A DNA stretch of 40,768 nucleotides, taken from the NCBI GenBank assembly GCA_964255105.1, contig CAXUWE010000004.1, forward strand, positions 1 through 40,768, in the 5' to 3' direction. Under the pieces are notes generated by a model. The model did not search any database. It had not been told where the DNA came from and saw only the letters and a list, made by a program, of their open reading frames with translations. Both the position numbers and the translations under genes were made by a program. This document shows positions 1 through 10,876 of the stretch, piece by piece (the first letter of the stretch is position 1; each line of letters opens with the position of its first letter). This DNA is from Porpidia crustulata. Lineage: Eukaryota.

Positions 1-2
1 CC

Positions 3-329
3 ACCCCCAAATCCAAAAGCCAAACGACCGCCCATGCGACGAATCCGAAACCCACGCCGAGGAGTAAAGATCCAAAACCACCCGCTACTCAGCCCTCGCG
101 AGCTACCACGGCAGCCACAACGGCCGCAGAACGCAAATCCACCTGGACGAGCGCGAAGGCGGTTAGGAGTCGGTATTTTGCGCAGAGTCCGGGGGAGGAT
201 GAGGGGAGCGACGAGGGGAGCGATAGGGATGATGATGATGATGGGGAGAGCGAGGAGAGCGTTGCTTACGAGCCAGTGGTGAAGCGGGCAAGGGGTCGTC
301 CGAGGAAAGGGGGACGAGGGAAGTCGTGA
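3..329 (+). CDS. 3' end of a gene truncated by the window edge: basic/Thr-rich linker, acidic tract and C-terminal AT-hook (likely nuclear/chromatin protein)
   Basis: Frame 3 is open from base 3 to TGA at 327-329 and reads TPKSKSQTT...SRYFAQSPGEDEGSDEGSDRDDDDDGESEESVAYEPVVKRARGRPRKGGRGKS*. KRARGRPRK matches the AT-hook core (RGRP flanked by K/R). Absent from the ORF track because it has no start codon in the window. Confidence 0.7.
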   Translation, partial: TPKSKSQTTAHATNPKPTPRSKDPKPPATQPSRATTAATTAAERKSTWTSAKAVRSRYFAQSPGEDEGSDEGSDRDDDDDGESEESVAYEPVVKRARGRPRKGGRGKS

Positions 330-543
330 TGAGGGTGAATGAGGAATTAGCTTGGCTCGGCATGCACATAAGCATTAAGAAACACATTTAGAACGACATG
401 TATCATCAAAAGCCATCTCGAAGCTTCTATCCTACGAATACTCTCTATTCATGGGTCACAACATAATCCATTCGTAACCCCTTGAACCTCATGAATTGAT
501 ATTCCCCACAAAAGCGCCGTATAACCCCGTGGCAAATGCCCAA

Positions 544-2280
544 TCATAGCCCCCTCCTCGGCGACTCCGTAAACACCCTTCCTCTCGGCGGAAACCTTTC
601 CCGGAGCAGTCTCTCTTCACTCTCACCCCACCGCGTCACGTCCGAGCTTGCGGTTTCCTCTCCCACATGCCCACGCCCACGCCCATCCTCGACGTCTCGA
701 TTCGAAGCATCCCCAATCTCGAATGCATCGCTAAGCTCAATGACATCACCTCCCTCAGACGTAGTGCCTGCCGTAGGTGGCTGCACAGTCTTGGCCACCC
801 TCGACGCAAGTTTTCGGACCCAGCCCTCGATCGCGCCTCCTACATTCTCGATACCGATCGAGGAGTTCGACGTGGTAGATTCGAAAGAGGCGCGCGGAGC
901 GACATTGGGAAGATGCGATGCGAACATCCTGTTCAGCCCATCTTGCGCCGGGCCCGGGCTATTCACATCCCTCCCTAGCGTGCCAACACCGCCCGGGCCC
1001 TGCAGGTGAGTAGCGAATGAGCCGGACGATGATCTCGATTTGGAACTTTTGCGGCGTGGCGAAGAGTTATCAAAGTAGTTGGACCGGGGCAGGTCAAGTG
1101 ATTGCGGTGGGGTTTCGGTGTCGGAGAAAGAGACGGATTTTCGCCTTCGTGGGGGAAAGAAACCGAGTGTACGACGAGAGAGGCGGGCGATTTCGACGGG
1201 TTCAGGAAAACCATCTATTGAGACCCAGGAGTCATGTTTCCAAGGTGGCTCTTCAGGGTTTGAGAGGGTGACTGAGATTGAAGGAGAGGTGGCTATGCTT
1301 GAAAGGGGTGTTTCTTTGGTCTCTTCGGAGCTAGAGGTGGAGTCACCCCAACGAAAACGTGCGTTTGTGGGAGTCTGCATGGTTTCATTGTTGCTGTCGT
1401 CATGAAGGAGGCCTTTTGAGCCGTCAATATCCAGTGTTTTACGCCCCTTAACACCACATGCATCCACAGGTAAAACGACTGTCTTTTTGAACTGTATGCT
1501 GTCATTCGGCCATAATCGATTGGCTTTTCGAAAGATCTCCGCCTTACAGTTGTATTTGAGCATGACCCCGGCAAGCGTATCCTCTGGCTTCACTTTGTGT
1601 ACGTAGACCATGGCATCCCGCTCCTCGTTCTCGTCAAGAGCGGTGGACTTTTGGCCTCTTTCGGGCGATTCTCTCCTTTTATATCGGCCAGACACATCTG
1701 GATTGAGATAGCTATCGGCAACCAGTAGTGTTTCACGTTTTTTTGCTTGCACTTGAGCTAGGCGATCCTCCCGAGTACCATGCCCGAGTTGTCTCCCCCC
1801 ATCTCCTAAGGGTCCCCATTGAGCAGGTGGGGCGCTAGGTGTCCGGCTATGGGTCGCTTCTAATGGCCGTCGACGTCTCCTCTGACTTGGTGTAGGATTA
1901 TTCGACGGACCAAGCATATCGCTACTGAGGAGATTTATCGCCATACCCTGCAATGAGGACCATGAGGTTCCCCACAAGCCATTTGTGAACGTAGAGGGCG
2001 TCAATTGCGGCCCTAAGAGTCCAGAGGCACCATTTAATGTACTAGTGCTTCGATGGTTCTCTAAAACTCTACTCGACGATGCTGTGCGCGAGGGGTGTGT
2101 GCGTGGGATTGGCGAAGGTGCTCTTGATGACAAGGAAGATGACCCGTCGGTAAGAGAGACACTCGTGAGAGCTGTCCCAGCGGCCGCAGAATCATAATCT
2201 TTCGAAGGTGGGCGTCGATTTCGAGGTCGCAGAGTATTCGAGCTTTGAGCAGAGGTGGGTTTGTTTAGCTCGGAGTTCAT
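544..2280 (-). CDS. LysM domain-containing protein, single LysM, no signal peptide (intracellular type)
   Basis: 578-aa single-exon ORF. VYVHKVKPEDTLAGVMLKYNCKAEIFRKANRLWPNDSIQFKKTVVLPV is a typical LysM motif. The rest is Ser/Pro/Arg-rich low complexity and the N-terminus is hydrophilic. Confidence 0.85.
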   Translation of the reverse strand: MNSELNKPTSAQSSNTLRPRNRRPPSKDYDSAAAGTALTSVSLTDGSSSLSSRAPSPIPRTHPSRTASSSRVLENHRSTSTLNGASGLLGPQLTPSTFTNGLWGTSWSSLQGMAINLLSSDMLGPSNNPTPSQRRRRRPLEATHSRTPSAPPAQWGPLGDGGRQLGHGTREDRLAQVQAKKRETLLVADSYLNPDVSGRYKRRESPERGQKSTALDENEERDAMVYVHKVKPEDTLAGVMLKYNCKAEIFRKANRLWPNDSIQFKKTVVLPVDACGVKGRKTLDIDGSKGLLHDDSNNETMQTPTNARFRWGDSTSSSEETKETPLSSIATSPSISVTLSNPEEPPWKHDSWVSIDGFPEPVEIARLSRRTLGFFPPRRRKSVSFSDTETPPQSLDLPRSNYFDNSSPRRKSSKSRSSSGSFATHLQGPGGVGTLGRDVNSPGPAQDGLNRMFASHLPNVAPRASFESTTSNSSIGIENVGGAIEGWVRKLASRVAKTVQPPTAGTTSEGGDVIELSDAFEIGDASNRDVEDGRGRGHVGEETASSDVTRWGESEERLLRERFPPRGRVFTESPRRGL

Positions 2281-3384
2281 GGCCGTGGAAGCCTACGTTG
2301 CCGTATAGATCTCTTCATTTGAACAGCAATCAGAACAAAGACTGGACCCGTCAATATCCACTGTGAGTCTTCTTTGACCATTTGAGCAGTCTCATAGCCC
2401 TTTCTTTGTCTGAATAACCTTGTGCATCCCCCATTATGAAATAGAATGGAAGGCGCGGTTGCGTTTATAGTACTTCAGCCCTAGGGAGCGCGGGCAAGGT
2501 GGGATGACGGTCGAGCGAGGAGTATCAAATTCAACTGGACGATCTTCTGCACGTAAACCTCTTCAAATCACACATTTCCACCATTAGAACCTCACTGTCG
2601 TCATCCAATACCCAAAATGCTAATGATCTTCAGACAGCACACTTAATGCTTTTGCATATAGTAAAACAGCAAGACTTAGACAATGGCATATGTTCTTTCA
2701 AGCCAGTCAAAATACCATCGGTAGAAACACCTGGATCGAAGCTGCGTATCTCACTCTGGAGCAAGAAGACCTGATGCTAGGCCTGCAGAGCTCCAAGTAT
2801 TGATGAGTACTACTGTGGTGGTAATATCATTGTTATTTTTGATCTTTTTATCACACTCGCCTATAAAGATAAAGACACTTGGTGTAATACTTATGGACGT
2901 GTGGACTCAAACTAGATACTTACGTCGTCTAGGCGGCTCCAACTCATAATATGCAAACCGGCTGGGTCACTAGGATCTAAGGACCATATATAACTGCAAT
3001 TTCCGTAGATTTGGTCCCCGTCGAGGAATCGGACTAAGTTTTTGTTGTTCTTTTGTTTGTGTCTCCTTGATTCTTATCCCCTTGAGACAAAACCGTCTGT
3101 CCTATCTTTACTTGGCTTGTGTATTAGGATTTCTGTAAGCTGGCATGAGTTACGCTCGTACGGCCCCCGGATTTCCTTCTTCCTCTTCTACTCAACCTTT
3201 TCATCCTAGTTCACTCAATCATTATCTCTCATATTGTTATATGCATTGGAGAAGGATGGCTCGGGAATGTGTACGAGATCCGGCGAATTGTCGAATAGGG
3301 GGTCTCTGATCCAGGGGCATCATATATTCCACAGCTGCTGGCTCACATGGTTGTCATGAAGCACACGTTGCTTCAAGGCGGCGC

Positions 3385-4233
3385 AGCATACTCGGTCGTG
3401 AAGAGTAGGTGATCCTCTCTTTCAATTCCTTTTGTGGACTAGGATTATTTTCTTTGGCCTCAAGGGGATTGTCAATATCTGGTTGATCTTGTACATGACG
3501 GTGGGCGCTCTGATATCTTTTGGAAGGTTACCTCAACTCATCTTACATTGCGAGGTTCTGATAATAAGCATTGTCAGTATGCACAATATTGCATTTACTG
3601 TGGTTGATCAAGAACAAAAAAAAACACAAGCATTAGCTGCTTGACGCGCTCTTCTGGAAAATCTCTACTTCCCACCTACAGGAATCTGTTTCTGAGAAGT
3701 TAGGCACTGTCACGTAAGGAGACACGGAACAAGTACACATGATACCAATTTCGGCCTTCAATAGCAAAGGAGTCATACAGGCTTCTTAAATATCTTCACA
3801 GTCCATGTGTTATCTCAACTGCAGCGACACACTCATGAACCTCGAGCTCGTTGGATTTTCCCGGTCTCTCAGATTGCTCGATTGTAAGGATCTTAACTCC
3901 CACAAGTCGCCTCCATCGCCTCAACCACAACTAGCTAGCTCTGACTTCCATCTCTAATATAAGGGTTGCCCACAGTAGGTTCTGGGCAAACCAAACTGTG
4001 GATTGAGTACCAGATCCGAGCCCGACGAGCATTTGATACCTCTTGCGCATTATCTTTCCGAGGTGAACAAGACGATGATTCTGCGGATCGTAGCCTGTCA
4101 GCCACTCTTCTTCTATTTGCTTCTCAGGTGAAATTAGGTATGGCTTTGGTCGGACCAGTGGCCACCGTAAGCCTCCAAGAGAATGTATCGCACGTTTCGG
4201 TATACAAGTCATGCACGCTCTCACAAAGATCAT
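3385..4233 (-). pseudogene. Degenerate fungal SRPK-like (CMGC) protein kinase pseudogene
   Basis: The minus strand gives collinear kinase remnants: IEEEWLTGYDPQNHRLVHLGKIMRKRYQMLVGLGSGTQSTVWFAQNL (subdomain I), LVGVKIL (II), NELEVH, YLRSLYDSFAIEG, FPEERVKQLM, (H)SKCNIVHT/DIRAPTVM (VIb) and ENNPSPQK..ITYSSR. In-frame stops at 3796-3798, 3700-3702 and 3676-3678, frameshifts, and no DFG/APE found. Confidence 0.75.
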
Positions 4234-4506
4234 CGATGTTGTGACGAAGATATCGAGCGCTATCGAGGATACTTTAATAGGGAAAGCCCGAGGTTATAGA
4301 GCAAAATAATAAGGTGGAATAAGTTGATTTCTACTTAGATTGGACTCAGGTTATAAAAGTTGTAGTTTAGCACTGGCGGTTGAGTATAGCGGATATGTAA
4401 TGCACATGAAGCCGATCATACTTGACGCTCTACGGGCCAAAAAGCCAAAGGATAGGCCACAGCAACCGCTAGATTTCCACCAGGAAACCCAGAAGATCCT
4501 GCAATA

Positions 4507-7500
4507 TTACATGCCATCAGCGCTCATTCCGTTGATGTCCCCATTGATCCCGAAAAATTGAAACCTAAATTGCGCTAATATTAGACATATGCTCATACGC
4601 TTGCTTAGCACCACTTACCAATCCTCTACATTCAGTGTTGTTGGAGCGATCGGGCCCTGCCCTCGGCTGCTGTTACTCCAACTGTCGTCTGGACTCTGTC
4701 CTTCGCCTGGAAGTTGATTTGGCCAGCCCTGATTGGAACTCTGCTGTTGCAAGTGCAGCTGGGACATGCCCGATACGTCTTGCATGTTCTGCAGGTTAGA
4801 TTGCCCACGAGAGGGCATTTGTTGGCTTTGCAATGTCGACTGCATCATGCTAGACGTTGGCATCTGCGGCATTTGCAGTTGAGGGTCAAGGTTCTGCTGG
4901 CTGTTATATGGCGGGAAGGACATATTTGTGCCATCAGGAAAAAGCTGGTCTGGCTGGAAATTCTCCCAAAGGCTTTGGGAAATATGAGGTGAGTCGCGAG
5001 TCACTAAAAATAAGTCGGGTGGAGTGGCGGGAATGGCACAGGACGGATTGAAAGGGGTGGGCGGTCGGGTGTTGTTCCGAGAACTCCCGGTACCCAGGAA
5101 AGCGTCATTTTGTTGACGAATAGGGGGGGATGTTGTTGGTGCAGCCATAGGTGCTACCGACATCGGCTGTCCAAGATCTCTCGAGGGAGTTACCGCTGGG
5201 GTCTGAGGTCGAGACCGCTCGTATGAGACTTGTGGCGCTGGGGGCCCATTGGCAAAGCCGAGCTCCATGTCGTCATACTTACGCTTTTGCGATTGTTCAC
5301 TGTTCTCGGGACGTTCAATTTTAAGCTTCTTGTGCTTCTTTCCTGCGGCTTTTTGGAGTCTATCCTCGAGCATTTTATTGCCAAGAATTGACTCAAATAG
5401 GGTATGGACCATCTTTGCTACAAGCCAGACTTTAGAGACCTCTTTTAGCGCATTCATGCAGACTTGCATCCTTTCTTGTGTAGCAGACACTACTGAAGGT
5501 ATGGACGAGCGCATCTGATACACGTGCATTATGAGCGCGGAAAACAAGCTATACACACTGTGGTGGGAATTAGCTGTGGTTATGGAAAGGCTTGACTGGA
5601 CGCTCCCTACATGAATGCCGGTGTGAAACGAAGCTCGTCATGTGTTTGGAGATTATCGATGATCGAGGTTATCATGCCAGCCGCTTGGAAGGCGATGTTT
5701 CTCGAAGGATATGCATGGTCGGTGGGGAATCCATTGAGTTGCCCGTTGGATTCTTGCGTCGCAGGAGGCATATGGGCTCTATGTAAGAGACACAGTGTTG
5801 TGCTATTCGCAGTCAACACCAAATCTCCTTCGCTTTGCATGTAAATACTCACTAATAGTTGGAATGGAGCAGAGCGGACCAAAAATGATGTTTCGGCTTT
5901 TCCCAGTACACTTCTTTCGGGCAATTCTGCAGCCAGTCTGCCAAAGCCATGTCGCTGTGGGTCAGATCGATGGCATTCTGCCGCCTTGCTTTCGATGCGA
6001 CGGAGTATTGCTGGGATAGAACCAGGCCCATAATCTCGCATAATCGTACGTACTGGAGAAAGAACTGAACATGGATATTATTTGGAGGATACTTTGCTGG
6101 TCCTTCGCCCTCTTCATCTTCCACAAAATCGTCTTCACAGACCATCTCAACGTCAGAGTCATCCGTATTGATGTGCACTGGACGACCCAAGGCTACGGCC
6201 ACTGATCGATCCCTGGTGAACAACGTCCACCAAATTCGCTTCCACAGGCGTTTGTCCGGTTTAGTGAGCTGCGAACCCTCGACACTATGCACTGTAAGCG
6301 GCGCCCCTTCGAGTGCTCCGGAGGATACTTGCCTCCGATGCATGCCTGAACCTTGTGCAACGATAGTCGCTACTCTGGTCCAATAGAACACATTTTTCGT
6401 AACATCTGAAGGGGGTTTTAGAACGGTAGTGGATTCCAATCTTGGGTGAAGTAGGGTTACCTTCAGGACCTTCCCAATACCATCCCATCAAAACCAACGC
6501 TTGAACGATCGTTACACGGTCATCTTCGTAATTAGCATCATATAAAGCTTTAGCGCGCTTATAGAACGTCATCGCAGCTGGTGTGGTCGACCCATTAGCG
6601 TCCATCAGCTGCGGATTTGTGCACACCCTTGAACCAGCAAGCAGGATGGCTTGCAACAGAAGTAAAGATGGGGGGTTCTTATTATCCCTGTACCGTGCCA
6701 TGAATCTACTGCGATTGATCACGGGAACGACTGGAGCAACCCATTTGAAGAATGCCTCTACAAGCTCGTCGCAGAGGACCCTTGGCGGGAGTAAGAAGGC
6801 CCCTCGTTGGTGTAGAATATCAACCTCTATGTTATCGAGATCCGTCATGCGGGCTCTCGCACCTCTGACCGTATCTGGCAGTGGATAGTGTACAACATCT
6901 GTGGTGCCGTGCCTATCATGGACCAACAGTGAAAGGTTTGATGATTCGCCAAGGTATGCCACTCTCCCTGCATCCCGTATCGGCGCTCTTGCGAATTTCG
7001 GTTTCATGAACTGTGCGAAATGGCCGCTGTTTGTTGCTTGCTGGACTGCTTGTGCATCCGACAAGGACGTGGGTGGCATGCCATCCTGCGGAGAGAAACC
7101 AGGATTATTCTCCGGTCTCTCATAACCTCCCGGGACTTCGGTGGGGGGAGGTGATGCTGCCCTGGTGGAATCGCCCGGGTCGCTATTGGTAAAGCGTACG
7201 GTCAGCGCTTCACATTGTTGTAGCGGGGATTTGATTTTGATACCTATCGGAGTCCCTCTTATTCCCTTGTATTTTCTTCCTTTTCGGAGCCGGTATCTTA
7301 CACTCGATGGAGAATGCGACACAGTTGGTGCATGGTACACCTAAACTCGCAGCGTCGCATCGAACCTATCCGAAGTCTTTCAGCGACCGACGATGATGAG
7401 CATTCAGGGGCGTGCATCTGGGATCATTACTTTTCTCGCATGACAAGTCTGTTGGCACAAATGGTTAGCCAAGTAGCTCACAATCTGGGCAGGGTCGACC

Positions 7501-7776
7501 CCAAGACTCAGAGTCCGAGGATGTGGTTTAACCTCGGTGCGGCTATTTATCACTGTGGAATGGAGAGGAATCTTCAAAATATTTACCTCACAAGCACGAC
7601 TGGCGCGTTGTCTGTTCAATGAGACCTCCTTCAGCGATGTTCCTATCCAAACTTATTTCAAATACAGTACGCGCTCACCTCCTGAAACTTGGATGACCGG
7701 GCGTCTGAGAATTTGGAGCAGCTGTGGTATTTGGCAATGCACCGCCGCTAGGATGTCCATTGGCCATCGTGGTCAT
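4507..7776 (-). CDS. farA: Cutinase transcription factor 1 alpha / FarA: Zn2Cys6 regulator of fatty-acid utilisation with fungal-specific TF domain
   Basis: Spliced exons 7776-7679, 7611-7587, 7448-7431, 7365-7244, 7182-6461, 6405-6333, 6284-5853, 5802-5611, 5557-4619, 4564-4507. They give SFRRQRASRACETCHARKVRCDAASLGVPCTNCVAFSIECKIP, AGRVAYLGESSNL, GMHRSVEGSQL..KRLWKRIWWTLFTRDRSVAVALGRP and C-terminal PTTLNVEDWFQFFGING, all hallmarks of CTF1-alpha/FarA. Confidence 0.93.
7515..7537. promoter_or_regulatory. Inverted pair of FarA-type motifs (CCGAGG-N11-CCTCGG) inside farA intron 2
   Basis: CCGAGG at 7515-7520 and CCTCGG at 7532-7537 are seen directly. CCGAGG/CCTCGG is the established FarA/FarB/CTF1 core site. 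Function here is inferred. Confidence 0.4.
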
Positions 7777-9049
7777 CGCATTAGACCTTCTCACCAAGTG
7801 ACCTGATTAACCACAGGCCGTGTAGAGCTGTTCCGATCGCCAGTGTCAATATTTGTTACCAAATACGCTCGATGAGGAGGTTCTACCGTACGAGCCGTTC
7901 TACGTTCTTCACGAGATCGCCAGGGTCCTCAGTCTCCTTCCTACACGCCACAAGCCAAACTCCCAATGTGGGGCTGACCACTTTCGAGTCTAAATCTGCC
8001 GTGTACAGGCGTTTTCTGATAGGTAAGACACAACCGCTTCTAGTTGGGGTTCTAGTCCAGGCTAGCCTTCTACATATGAGTTATACATGTCCTCGTTCTA
8101 TTCGAAAGGCTTATGAAGCAGTCTCATTATTGTCACTTCTTGGAAATGGGCCATTCAATTTATGGCGCAGCGAAAATGTATTTGGAGCATGTTCAGGTAG
8201 CTTATGTCGGGTCCTGTGACGCGGAGATGTCTAGTATATCATGAGGTTAATTCGTACACGGTACCTTCGAGTATTTTCGAGACATGTTGAAGGTGCGGAC
8301 AATTTTGCGCGAGTGCTTGCTTGTCCCGCTAGCTTTTCATAGATGAAAACATTCCTCTCACATAGCAGAATAAAGACCCGTCCATGATAGTAATGGAAAA
8401 TTTCTTTCGCAATTTCTAGCAATGCTTGTGTGCTTTTCACGCGATCTCCCTTTGCAATTAAATCTCGGAGACCAAGGCAAGCGTGAGCAAATGACCTACC
8501 TAGGGGTTTTAAGATCGTAGCGGGGAGTCGGAAAGGCTATAGTACAGGAATCTCTCAGATCAGGTGGACTGCAAGATTTGTTAAATTTTCTTTCGATTGC
8601 TGATATGAAGCTTTGTATCTTCTCTGATTCTTACCATGAAATGAGGAAATGCTATACATGTCATCTATCGTTCTGCTTTCTGAAGGCACAATTTACAAGT
8701 TCGTGTTTTGAATCACAGGTTCAAGGATCTCCGACGCTTGTGGACCAGAATAGCACAAAGATACAATGATGCAACAATTCAACAGCTCCTCTAAATTGAT
8801 AAATATTACATTCATAAACAGCCCCAGCTGTATCTGTCTAAATATTATGTCCCTCAATTAGTTAGAGCACCAATTTCATAAATCAAACCATGTCAAAGCT
8901 GCAGTTCGCAATGCATTGGCGCTCGTCTATGTGTGGAAGTCACTTCGTCTCCAATGGTAGAATTCTATCCTGTAATTTATTGTGGAAAATCTATTGGGGC
9001 CAACTCTTTGAATGGCAGGGTATCTCGCTTTTCATAAAACGTCAATTGA

Positions 9050-10622
9050 TTAACTTACCTTGAGGGTATAACCTCTCACAACGTTGACCAAGATCTCGCA
9101 GTTCGCTTTCGTATCGAAAACCTGTGCGTGGTCAAGATCGTCAAACCAAAGTACATCCAAACCCTTCCCCTGCCACTTCCGAGCTTTCCAGTTCTCCTCC
9201 ACCACAGCACCGTTTTTGTCAGCTACCAGGTAACGTCCCACAGTCTCTGTATCCACAATCAAATCCTGTCCGCTTAGTACCACAGTGGTGCGTCGATCTT
9301 TGACGTCGTCTTTCCAGATAATGTTTTCTGACCAGAAAAACCTCCGGCCTAAGGTGTGAGCAACACCCATGTCCATAGATGCGAAGTAGTACAGTTGATG
9401 CTCGTTGGCCCGTAATGGTTTCCGACATGTAAAGTTATATGCAACGTCGGGTAAATGAAGAAGGAAAGCCACCGGATCTATCAAGAAGACGGGTCCGACT
9501 AACGGAGACGTCTCTGTGTTGTGTAGCAGGTGGGTCGAGACTACACTTCCGTAAGAATGCGAGACAAGAACCACCTTCTCCCAGCCATGCTTTTTGAGAA
9601 TCGTCAGGATCTCGTTGCACATCTCATTCTTGTCTAGCGCTGCTTGTGTAATGCGGAAGCTAATTGGCATGATTTCGATAGCAATAATGCCAACATCCCC
9701 ATCGACTGCATTCTCCTCGTTTTTGTGATTCAGCTGGGTTAGGAAATTGACATATGGGTACAGGCCAATCCCGATGCCGTGTATGAAAAGGACCGGGAGT
9801 CTAGTTTTCGAGGTATGAGGCCGGTGCCAATAACTTAGGGTTGTTGCAGAGCTCTTATGGGTGCTTAAAAGCGAAAGAGGGCGAAGAGGAAAGACAGTGA
9901 AGAAGCGTTGTATCGCCAAGCGATGAAAGTGAAATGAATGCCAAAGCATAGAGACATAGGTGATAGTATCAACGACAAAAATACACTACACAAAGGAGAT
10001 ATATTAGCATGAGCAATTCGAATTTAGGATTTCGGGGATCTGCGTACAGGGACTCACGCCAATGACTTACCATATACCAGAGCAGGGACCTATGAAGCAT
10101 TTTTACTTTGTCCACTGTCAATCTTAAGGATATCGCATCCCCACGGCCCGGCTCAAGCTTCCGTCCCAGACGTTTTTCCATCTTATCCGCATATTCTTCT
10201 AGTTCCTCATCGTCCAGCATCCCGTGGGCGCCCTTATTCAAGAACGCCCAGCAAAAGAACTCCTTCAAGTTATCTCGCTTTATCTCTGACATTGGAGCAC
10301 CTCTGAACCACTTCGAGAGATACTCCTCAGGATCATCCACGGTATCATGGCAAAGCTCAAACAGCCTTCGACGTTCGACCCTGGACGGGATTTCGGGATG
10401 CATAGCCGCATGTTGCAGGACGTATTTCCGTGGAAAATAAACCAGGAGAAGAAACAGCGTTTCAGCTACAGCCCAGATCTCAAACGCCAGTGGAATCCGT
10501 AAACTTGTAGGGCATATGGCCAGTATAACGACGCAGTACAGAGCGCTCAGTGGAGCAATGTAATGAAGGCAGACAATGCAGAGGCGTATGAAGACATAGT
10601 CCCATAAGGAGGTCCCAATCAT
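9050..10622 (-). CDS. Alpha/beta-hydrolase-fold protein with N-terminal hydrophobic (membrane) segments; substrate unknown
   Basis: Exons 10622-10071 and 9985-9050; the intron has a GTAAGT donor, GCTAAT branch and TAG acceptor and joins LLWYM/CIFVVD. Motifs: LFIHGIGIG (oxyanion region), VLVSHSYGS (nucleophile elbow), D in GQDLIV, H in DHAQ. Confidence 0.8.
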
Positions 10623-10876
10623 CTTGATCGAGTCACTGATAATACCTTTGAACGAATGTCTGTGGAGGTTCCCAAATGTCAGGAGACATTCATGCGCGAA
10701 GCTCTCACCCGAATTCCTTCAGATATCTGTTTGAGTTTTTGTTGAGACCTTGGTCCAGGGATCAGGAGGACCCTGCATGAATGTATCACCGCATGACGGT
10801 GGGCTTAGTCACCGAGCTTCACATGTGAAAGTGATCGGAAGTTTCGCCGTCTGCCGTCTCATAATAATCTCGCAAC

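Noticed and set aside
228..242. (GAT)5 microsatellite
   Set aside because: Encodes the poly-Asp run of the acidic tail; not an independent repeat element.
34..387. Track ORFs 34..282 (+) and 163..387 (-)
   Set aside because: Shadow frames of the AT-hook protein end in + frame 3.
7872..8769. Short ORFs upstream of farA (7872..8219, 8231..8440, 8578..8769)
   Set aside because: No recognisable motifs or splice-linked continuation; most likely promoter/intergenic sequence.
8928..9058. Possible terminal intron (AAG/GTAAGT) in the hydrolase giving an alternative C-terminus
   Set aside because: The spliced ends (e.g. ...DRILPLETK*) show no PTS1 or other signal, and the unspliced stop is adequate.
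10750..10876. N-terminal extension of the HIT ORF in the track
   Set aside because: Artefact of reading through intron 1; the real exon 1 starts at ATG 10877 in another frame.
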